From Candidatus Helarchaeota archaeon (lineage in GTDB: Archaea > Asgardarchaeota > Lokiarchaeia > Helarchaeales > RDOG01), in assembly GCA_029838215.1 (NCBI GenBank), contig JALGVI010000075.1, forward strand, positions 1 through 16,039: 16,039 nucleotides of DNA, in the 5' to 3' direction. Positions within the stretch are counted from its first letter, which is position 1. Every line of letters begins with the position of its first letter. This document shows positions 1-7,113 of this stretch, piece by piece. Under the pieces are notes generated by a model, which saw only the letters and a program-made list of their open reading frames with translations, did no database searches and had not been told where the DNA came from. Position numbers and translations under genes: made by a program.

Positions 1-237
1 ACGCAAGGAGCAGAGATAAAGAAAATAGTTCGTGAAGAATCGCAGAAAAAACTCCTTGTTGAGCTGGAAATGAAAGGTAGCCAAGAAGGGTCTCTATACT
101 TCTTTGATCCAACCGGCTCACTTCCCAAAAACGTGAAGACGGATGCCATAAATCATTTTGTCGAACCCATTCAGAAAAATATTTTCAGGATCGACCTTGT
201 TTTTGTAGATAAGTGCAAGCTCGAGCTTTATTTTTGA
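1..237 (+). CDS. 3' end of a hypothetical protein (partial, runs off the left edge)
   Basis: Frame 1 is open from base 1 to TGA at 235-237 (TQGAEIKKIVREESQKKLLVELEMKGSQEGSLYFFDPTGSLPKNVKTDAINHFVEPIQKNIFRIDLVFVDKCKLELYF*). It has protein-like composition and ends 27 bp from the convergent VOC stop. It is not in the ORF track because it lacks a start. Family not recognised. Confidence 0.6.
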   Translation, partial: TQGAEIKKIVREESQKKLLVELEMKGSQEGSLYFFDPTGSLPKNVKTDAINHFVEPIQKNIFRIDLVFVDKCKLELYF

Positions 238-264
238 GGTTTCGGTTTTTCGTTTGTTGAGAAA

Positions 265-726
265 TCATTTACGTGCTTTTTTTTTCCTTTTCAATTGAAT
301 TAGTTCAAATGGGAATCCTAAAACCGATTCAGTATCCATGTACGCAAATCGGACACTCATGACACCGCCCGTGAAAAAAGGCTTAAAACCAAGAGGTCTT
401 AATTGTTCAATTACTTCATCGATGTCGTCCACAAACGAACCGAGGTGATGGATGCCTTCACCCCTGCGTCTAATCCACTCCGTATGAGGTGTTTCACCTT
501 CAAAAACGTGGTTAATTTCGATTTGCAGGTTCCCAACTTGGGCAAGAGCTGTTCGAGTTGAAAATTTTATTTCATCACCATTATAGACCGCAGATTGATC
601 TTTTCGCTCTAATATCAAAAATTGGGGAATATTGAAAAACTTCTTGTAAATTTCAACCATCTTTTCGAGATTTGTGGTCACGATTCCCAGTTGATTGACC
701 TGCTTGAAAATTGCCGGTATTTCCAT
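265..726 (-). CDS. VOC/glyoxalase superfamily protein, methylmalonyl-CoA epimerase-like (Glyoxalase_4 type)
   Basis: Motifs QLGIV..NLEK, QIEI and GEGIHHLG..VDDI, plus C-terminal FELIQ, are typical of the VOC metal-binding fold. I prefer the ATG at 726 (MEIPAIF), which has an AGGTGG SD just upstream, over the GTG at 738. Confidence 0.85.
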   Translation of the reverse strand: MEIPAIFKQVNQLGIVTTNLEKMVEIYKKFFNIPQFLILERKDQSAVYNGDEIKFSTRTALAQVGNLQIEINHVFEGETPHTEWIRRRGEGIHHLGSFVDDIDEVIEQLRPLGFKPFFTGGVMSVRFAYMDTESVLGFPFELIQLKRKKKARK

Positions 727-766
727 CTTTTTTACCACCTAAACTCGATTTTAAGAACGAAAAATG

Positions 767-807
767 ACTTTTTGCTTTTAATGATATGATAACAAAGCAT
801 AAAAAGT
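767..807. repeat. Imperfect inverted repeat in the divergent VOC/peptidase intergenic region
   Basis: ACTTTTT-GCTTT (767-778) pairs with AAAGC-AT-AAAAAGT (794-807), with a 2-nt bulge. Confidence 0.45.
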
Positions 808-856
808 TTTGAGGACATAACAACAACAAATTTTACCAAGTGCCGGAGAAACGAAA

Positions 857-2127
857 ATGACAAGAATAACGGATGACGAATATGGTAAGTTCATGTGGGA
901 TTCCATAAAGCAACTCTGCGATGATTTTGGTCCAAGACCTCCGACATCTGAGGCGGAGCGGCAAGCAGCACTATCTTACGAAAAAGAGTTAGGGAAGTAT
1001 TGCAACGAAACGGTTGTTGATACCTTCGAAACTCGTCCTAATGCATACCCTCAGGGTTTTGTCCGGCTTGTTGCCGTTATCTCGTGCTTGGCATTTTTCT
1101 TTTTTATATTCACGTTTCCATTTAACTTATTGACGATTCTTTTATGTATTCTCGGGTTGTGGATTTTTTATAGCACGCTTTTTCAGCAAAAAGAGTGGAT
1201 CCACGTTCTCTTCAAGAAAGAAAGCTCCCAAAACGTATTTGGAATTATCAAACCACAAAAAGCAACAAGAGTTCGCGTGCTTTTTGGCGGGGCGGCCACA
1301 TGGACTCGGCTTGGGAATCAGGAGTCGCCAAATTCGGTAAATCTCTCTTTATCATTACATTCGGTGGAGCAGCACTCATTCCGTATGCGATCGTTCTTTC
1401 AATAATCAAATCCGTGCAGGTAATTTTGGGACTTTCGTTCGTGAGTTTGTTTCCCATTACCATCACGATGAGTGATCTCATCTTTTTCATCCCTTTTTTT
1501 GGCGGTTGGTTTTGGTTACTAATTTATGTATTGCATGCTTGGGGAAAACGGACGAGAGCAACGCTCGGTGCAAACGATAATCTTTCAGGTGTCGCCATTT
1601 CTTTAGGTGTGGCTCGATATCTTCACGAACATCCTCTCAAAAACATCGAAGTTTGGTGCGGGGCATTTGGTTGTGAAGAATGCGGAGACCAAGGAAGCAA
1701 GGCATTCGTGGCGAAATATGGTGTTCAGGGAATCTTGGATGATGCACACGCTGTTATTCCCGAATCTTGTGGAGCAGGAAAAAAGATAATGATATGGAAG
1801 GGAGACAAGATGCACAAGACCGAATATATTGAAGACACGTATGAAAAGATGTTTCTTGCATATCGGAAAGTCAAAGATGAAAATCCAGACATGCTCGAAT
1901 GGCATTTGGGAATTCCACCATTTGGCTCCTCAGATGCATGTAGATTTGCTCAAAAAGGATACCGAACGACAACGATTTGTGGCATCGAAGACGAAATGAA
2001 GAGACCGAGTAATTGGCATGCCATTACCGACACGCCGGAGAATATCGATCCCACGACCCTCAAACAGGTTCTGGATGTTTGCTTGACTTTCCTTGAAATG
2101 CTCGATTCTGAAATGGATGACTCATGA
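857..2127 (+). pseudogene. M28-family membrane-anchored zinc peptidase, frameshifted by a 5-bp duplication (or an assembly error)
   Basis: The N-part (857 frame) has FGPRPPTSEAERQAA and a TM hairpin. The C-part (1195 frame) has HMDS, GANDNLSGVA, CEECG, PESCG and NWHAITDTPEN. Removing one GGCGG copy at 1286-1295 gives a single 421-aa ORF reading VLFGGHMDSAWE. Confidence 0.85.
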
Positions 2128-2177
2128 GTATGGAATTCAATAAGATTAAATAATCAACACGACTTCTTTTTTCAACA

Positions 2178-2808
2178 ATGAATGATGATGACTTGAGACA
2201 ATACTATGAAAAAGAGGGTTTGAACCTAACTGATGATGATTATTATACGGGATTCTACCAAAATATTTCAACCCACGCCACGAGAATTCATCAAATAAAG
2301 AAATGGTTGCGTCAGATAAAAACAACAGAGACATTTTGCGAAATAGGGAGACATAGCAACAAGTAAAATCCGAATTGCTAGATACATAGCAGAAAAACAA
2401 AATCTAAATTGCAAGTTCTACAGAATGGATGCGGGAAACCTCGAGTTTCCAGATAAATCATTTGACTACGTTCTCTGTTCTCAAGTCTTGGAACATTTAC
2501 GCGATGATCGAAAAGCCATTAAAGAGCTTTTTCGAATTTCAAAGTATAGAGTGATAATAACCGTTCCAAAAAAGGGATGGTATTGGAATATTTTTAATCG
2601 AATGTTTCATGTTAATACTTTTAACAGGGAAGGACACGGGCATTTTCGAGAATACGCGATAGATGATTTAAAAAGAAAACTCAATCACGATGAATTTCGA
2701 ATTGAAAAAATTGAATATACGGGTTTTATCACGCCCGTGCACGACTTGATTTTAAAAAAATTCCCATTCATGCAATCAATCATTTGCATCCTGCTAGAGA
2801 AAACGTGA
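2178..2808 (+). pseudogene. Class I SAM-dependent methyltransferase (Methyltransf_11-like), disrupted by an internal deletion/frameshift
   Basis: The 2178 frame reaches TFCEIG, the start of motif I, then stops at 2364-2366. The other frame is open from 2347 as GDIATSKIRIARYIAEKQNLNCKFYRMDAGNLEFPDKSFDYVLCSQVLEHL...ITVP, covering motif II onward. The GxG loop and the following helix are missing. Confidence 0.75.
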
Positions 2809-2864
2809 GAACCAAAGAAAAGGCGAGGTTTTCTCAAGATAAGTATGAAAATTTCATCGGCCAA

Positions 2865-3992
2865 TCATCTTGTAAGCAAGATGGAATTCTCAACAAGAGA
2901 ACTTGGTTTTAGTCCATAATCAATGCCCGTGGAGATCATCTTCAGATCTTGGATTTCAAACTTTTTTTCGAGGAACAAACTGACCGGCATTACAATATTC
3001 AGTCGAAATCCCTTGTTTCGATTGATGAATTGTATTGCTTTTTTATAAAATGTTTTCTTAATGTTATGAGCAACGTCTGTTCCCGTGGGCTTTTCCTTCG
3101 TTGGGATGTCGAAAAAATCAATCCGATGAGGAAATCGTTTTCGAGTTATTGTGAATATCAACTCATCAATTGTTTTTATCGATATCAATTGCTCAATTAT
3201 GACTTTATTTGTTTGATAATAGCGAGGAAATATCAGTTCTTCCAATGTTTTTTGATCAAAATTCCATATTTTTCCTCTAAAGATGGAAATCAAGTTGTAA
3301 TATTCGGTGAATAGTAATAGAAATGGTTTTATCAGTCCTTGATTTTCCCAAGAAAGGCGGTCGAATTCATCCCAAAAACGCACGATTTGTGCCTTATCGA
3401 GAAATAAATCAAAAAATGCAAGTGATTTCGTCTTCGTTTCTTGCTGGTAGCCATTCTTCAAATATGGCGTGTATAACGAACCCGAATTCTCAAAAAGACG
3501 AATGACATCTTCAATCCTAGGGGCATTTAATGCCTGTTTAAATAGTTCGTCTCGTCCTAAAAATTCTTCAACTAGAAAATTAATGTCATCCTTGATTTGC
3601 TCTGATTTCAGGTTGAGTACCTTTGCCCTGAGGATCGTCTTGATGTTCTGAATTTCGAATTTCATCAAGAAAATTTCAAGAAAATCGTGATCTTGTTCGG
3701 GACTATTTCGTATGATCTTGAAGAAACAGCTCGACAGATTACTCTGAAATAGACGATGTATTTCGCCCAGACTTCTATACTGGTCTTTTTGCAATAATTC
3801 GGGAAAATTTGGAGAAATAATTTGCTTGAATTCAGATAGCGTTCTTGCGTGTGCGGCTCTTGAAAGATCACGGGTTGATGTTATCTTTTTTCTTTCAGAA
3901 GCAATAATCGGAGCTAAATAGGAGTAACACAGACCGGACTTCCGATTCTTTGGCAATCGAAATTCATTAGCAAGGCTCGAATTCTTTTGCAT
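2865..3992 (-). CDS. atpC: A/V-type ATPase subunit C (d/AC39 family)
   Basis: Contains KFEIQNIKTILRAK, FFDLFLDK, EYYNLISIFRGK and EIQDLKMISTG, typical of vATP-synt_AC39. I prefer the ATG at 3992, preceded by TGAGGAAATA 7 bp after the subunit H stop, over the TTG at 4022. It is last in the cluster. Confidence 0.88.
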   Translation of the reverse strand: MQKNSSLANEFRLPKNRKSGLCYSYLAPIIASERKKITSTRDLSRAAHARTLSEFKQIISPNFPELLQKDQYRSLGEIHRLFQSNLSSCFFKIIRNSPEQDHDFLEIFLMKFEIQNIKTILRAKVLNLKSEQIKDDINFLVEEFLGRDELFKQALNAPRIEDVIRLFENSGSLYTPYLKNGYQQETKTKSLAFFDLFLDKAQIVRFWDEFDRLSWENQGLIKPFLLLFTEYYNLISIFRGKIWNFDQKTLEELIFPRYYQTNKVIIEQLISIKTIDELIFTITRKRFPHRIDFFDIPTKEKPTGTDVAHNIKKTFYKKAIQFINRNKGFRLNIVMPVSLFLEKKFEIQDLKMISTGIDYGLKPSSLVENSILLTR

Positions 3993-3999
3993 TATTTCC

Positions 4000-4305
4000 T
4001 CAGATTCCTTTTCCAGTTTCAATTAATATTTCTTTAATGATTTCATCGATTAATTTATCCACGAGTGATTGCTCGAAAGATTCTTGGTCAATTTTTTTCA
4101 AATTGTCTTGGATTTTTATGTCAAGCCTTTTTCTTGCATCCTTTACGGCATTTTCTATCAGTTTTCTTGCATTTTCTCTTGCTTCTTCAACAGCTCGTTC
4201 AATTATTTTAGGGGCATTCTTTATTGCCGTTTGTATGATCTCTCTTTTTCGCTCCTCGGCTTTTTTTGATTTGTCTTCAGCGATTTTTTCCAGTTTTTCC
4301 ATCAT
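4000..4305 (-). CDS. atpH: A/V-type ATPase peripheral stalk subunit H (G)
   Basis: A 101-aa highly charged coiled coil with the A..II..A.EEA...A pattern, lying between I and C, with GGTGA upstream. Assignment rests on size, composition and context. Confidence 0.75.
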   Translation of the reverse strand: MMEKLEKIAEDKSKKAEERKREIIQTAIKNAPKIIERAVEEARENARKLIENAVKDARKRLDIKIQDNLKKIDQESFEQSLVDKLIDEIIKEILIETGKGI

Positions 4306-4344
4306 TTTTTTTATATCTTCACCAAAAATAAGTCATCACCTGAA

Positions 4345-6093
4345 TCATGAGTTCTTTTTTGATATTTTCAAGATAAAAGGGTGATATTCGGTTCCCTGAC
4401 CCTTGTAAAACTTGCTGAACCATTCATAAAAATGCAAACGGAGCGTGTGAATTGACACGAGAAATGCCTCTAACATTATGACTAAAATGTTTCCAACAAC
4501 CAAAATCGGAATGAAAATAAACGGATTCGTTATGAACATGAAAGCAATTATTATCACGACATGATTGAAACCAAAATGTATCAATAACAATGCGAAAATT
4601 CGGAAAAAAGAGACAATATTACTTAAAAACGATAGAAAAGTCTCCCAAACGTGAAGAATTGATTCGGATATAATTTTCTTGAAGGATTCACGCCTTAATT
4701 CTTGCGTGACTTTAAAAGCAGCCGCAATTGGCTTCCCGAGCAACAAAATTAGTAATGGAATCAAGATTAAGAGGATGGGTGGGAGAAAGAAGAACGTGAT
4801 TTGGGGAATCATCCAAGTAGTAAACTGCACGCCATAATTAAAAAACATGATACTGAAACCGATCACGAATAGGAGAGAGGGCAGGGATACTAGCCATGCA
4901 TCAATCTTTGCTGAGCTCTTGTAATTGTTGATGAATTGAAGAGTATATCCTAACGATAATATGATGAATCCCACGAAGAGAGAGAACTTGATTAAAAAAA
5001 TCAAGTTATTCGCGAGCCCTCCAAATTGATATTCAGGAAATAATTGAAGCATGGTCAAGGGGTTAAAGAGGAATTTTATCAATGGAGGCAAGCCAAAAAT
5101 GACTTCGGTTTCAAAGCCGAAGAATTCACCATATAAGAAACCTCCAAAAACACCTCCTATACCGCAATAACACAAGATTTTTGCAATTGTTCTTTTAGTT
5201 TTTAAAGCTAGGATTCCTGCGGCAATTGCAAGGCATATACCTTGCCCGATATCCCCAAACATGAATCCAAACATTAGAGGAAACGAAATCGTAAGCATGA
5301 ATGAGGGATCAACCTCGTTAGCATTGGGAACACCATACAATTTAGTTATGGTTTCGAATGGTTTTACAAGGTTTGAGTGCTTTAATACGGTCGGAATTGT
5401 TTCGTTTCCGAGTTGCTCCTTGCTCAGAACGATCATCTGATAATGATTGTTCGTGACTTTTTTAATGACCTGTTCATATTTGTTGATTTCTTTTTTGGGA
5501 ATCCAACATTCCATTATGGCAATGAATTGATTCCCACCAGATTTCAGAGAAGCGTCTAAAAAATGAATAATGTCATTCAACATTTTATTAAAGGCTTTCA
5601 ATTCTAGGTAATATTTTTTCGCCAATTTGTTGACACTTTCAATGAATTCTTCTTTTCGTTTCTCGATTTCTTCTATGTTATGAATTACAACCTGATCAGT
5701 ATCAATTTCAATTTTGATTTGGTTAGAAACTTCTTTTTCAATGAGAATTTCGGCTTCTTCCAAATCTTGTAATTCTTTATCAATTTCATCGACTTTTTCT
5801 TTGACTCTGGTTAAGAAATTTACCAAATCTTCTTTTTTAAAAGAAATATCTTCAATCTGCTCTTGTCCGTCTTCAATATTGATATCTCTCATGTCAAACT
5901 TTTCAAGAAGGCGAAGAATGTGTGTATTTACACTATTAAATTCATCGAGCATCATTGTATCGGGGTCTTTAACGGTCAAATCCTTACGGACTCTCGTCAA
6001 TTGACAAATTCCGAGAGCTCCAACTTCCAACACGACATCGTCTAGCAAGCGCTTATTGAATACAGTTATTACTTTTTTCATTATTACGGTCAT
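4345..6093 (-). CDS. atpI: A/V-type ATPase subunit I (a)
   Basis: Contains PTVL...KPFETITKLYGVP...EVDP, FGFMFGDIGQG, GFLYGEFFG, SFFRIFAL (essential Arg) and HTLRLHFYEWFSKFYKG. There is a GAGGA SD before the ATG at 6093. Confidence 0.95.
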   Translation of the reverse strand: MTVIMKKVITVFNKRLLDDVVLEVGALGICQLTRVRKDLTVKDPDTMMLDEFNSVNTHILRLLEKFDMRDINIEDGQEQIEDISFKKEDLVNFLTRVKEKVDEIDKELQDLEEAEILIEKEVSNQIKIEIDTDQVVIHNIEEIEKRKEEFIESVNKLAKKYYLELKAFNKMLNDIIHFLDASLKSGGNQFIAIMECWIPKKEINKYEQVIKKVTNNHYQMIVLSKEQLGNETIPTVLKHSNLVKPFETITKLYGVPNANEVDPSFMLTISFPLMFGFMFGDIGQGICLAIAAGILALKTKRTIAKILCYCGIGGVFGGFLYGEFFGFETEVIFGLPPLIKFLFNPLTMLQLFPEYQFGGLANNLIFLIKFSLFVGFIILSLGYTLQFINNYKSSAKIDAWLVSLPSLLFVIGFSIMFFNYGVQFTTWMIPQITFFFLPPILLILIPLLILLLGKPIAAAFKVTQELRRESFKKIISESILHVWETFLSFLSNIVSFFRIFALLLIHFGFNHVVIIIAFMFITNPFIFIPILVVGNILVIMLEAFLVSIHTLRLHFYEWFSKFYKGQGTEYHPFILKISKKNS

Positions 6094-6147
6094 TTTATTC
6101 CTCTAATCGGAAAAATTTTTGAAAATATTGGAGAATCCCCGTGTGTT

Positions 6148-6166
6148 TTCCGCCTTGAAGGTGGAA
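6148..6166. repeat. Near-perfect 19-bp palindrome between K and I
   Basis: TTCCGCCTT-G-AAGGTGGAA; 8 of 9 arm positions pair. Confidence 0.55.
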
Positions 6167-6186
6167 TTAAAGACTCGATTAAGAAT

Positions 6187-6531
6187 TTATAGAATGATCA
6201 ATAACAACGCAACGATCAACCCATAAATAGCAATTGCTTCTGCCATTGAAACAATCAAGAGAGATATCGTAAAGCTTTTTTCAGATTCAACACTTGCACT
6301 AATAGCGGCAGCACCGATTTTACTCATTGCATATCCTGCACCAATACCACTCAATCCCACGCATAAAGCTACTGCAATGGGGAAAAATGGTCCTGACTTA
6401 TCTATCACTGTTGCTTGAGATAAATGAACGCTATATGCAACAGAAACAGAGATCAGTAAAGCATTGGTAACCATGACTAATAAGACTAAAAGAGAAATTA
6501 TGACGAATGCTTTTCTTGTTTTTATTTGCAT
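6187..6531 (-). CDS. atpK: A/V-type ATPase proteolipid subunit K (c), single hairpin with an N-terminal leader
   Basis: Contains GLSGIGAGYAMSKIGAAAI and SMAEAIAIYGLIVALLL with the conserved ion-binding Glu. An extra basic+hydrophobic N-terminal segment precedes the hairpin. Confidence 0.95.
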   Translation of the reverse strand: MQIKTRKAFVIISLLVLLVMVTNALLISVSVAYSVHLSQATVIDKSGPFFPIAVALCVGLSGIGAGYAMSKIGAAAISASVESEKSFTISLLIVSMAEAIAIYGLIVALLLIIL

Positions 6532-6577
6532 TTAAAATACTTCCGTTTCACCAAATAATTTTGAAATATTCATCTGT

Positions 6578-6645
6578 TAATGATTTGCACATATTTTGAG
6601 TATTTGTGTGAGAATCATTAGATCTTACTTCATTTTTTTATTAAA
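6578..6645 (-). promoter_or_regulatory. Putative internal promoter/operator upstream of K-I-H-C
   Basis: Within the 139-bp gap, minus-strand TTTAATAA (6645-6638) is followed by a perfect 8-bp inverted repeat, TAATGATT-N27-AATCATTA (6578-6620). Confidence 0.35.
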
Positions 6646-6670
6646 TTTTTCCATCTAGGATTTGAGCTGG

Positions 6671-7105
6671 TCAATTTACTACCAAAACGGGAACCTTTGT
6701 CATTTCAATTATGTACTTCGTAACGGATCCCATTGCATGTGCCATAATCGTTTTCCGATGGCTACGATGACCGACAATGATCAAATCGGCTTTGATAACA
6801 CTACTGTATTGAAGGATAATTTGTCCAGGATATCCTTCAACGATCTTGCCCGTAAATTTTATGCCGTTTTTCTTACAAAGGTTTTCTAACCAACTCATAT
6901 TCGCAACGCCTTTTTCCATGAACTCCTGTTTTACTTCGTGTCCCGTTTTTTCAGAAATCTTTGAAATGTCTTCAATGATATCTTCATCAATGACAAAGAT
7001 ACCATAAATCTCAGATTTACATGTTCTGGAGAGTTTAATTGCAAGTTGTGCCGAACGAAACGAATGCGATGAACCATCAAATGGTACTAATATTTTTTTG
7101 AACAT
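6671..7105 (-). CDS. Universal stress protein (USP family, single domain)
   Basis: Contains MFKKILVPFDGS.HS..A, G.P...I, ADLIIVG and GSVT..II....VPVLVV. It starts 8 bp after the subunit D stop. Confidence 0.95.
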   Translation of the reverse strand: MFKKILVPFDGSSHSFRSAQLAIKLSRTCKSEIYGIFVIDEDIIEDISKISEKTGHEVKQEFMEKGVANMSWLENLCKKNGIKFTGKIVEGYPGQIILQYSSVIKADLIIVGHRSHRKTIMAHAMGSVTKYIIEMTKVPVLVVN

Positions 7106-7113
7106 GACAAAAC

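Noticed and set aside
1195-1296. N-terminal 34 codons of the 1195..2127 ORF and the tail of 857..1405 as two real genes
   Set aside because: Both are off-frame by-products of the GGCGG duplication. The motifs show a single gene.
1248-2400. ORFs 1248..1490 (-), 1603..1905 (-), 1607..1789 (+) and 2146..2400 (-)
   Set aside because: They overlap the peptidase or methyltransferase in other frames or strands and have no recognisable motifs.
2809-2864. Bidirectional terminator between the methyltransferase and subunit C (ATGAAA-A-TTTCAT and a weak GAGAACC/GGTTTTCTC stem)
   Set aside because: The arms are short and AT-rich with no clear oligo-T tract, so I cannot distinguish it from chance.
4306-4340. 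AGGTG-ATG at 4336 and an A-run before subunit H as a frameshifted longer start
   Set aside because: That ATG is out of frame and stops after five codons. Subunit H has its own GGTGA and start.
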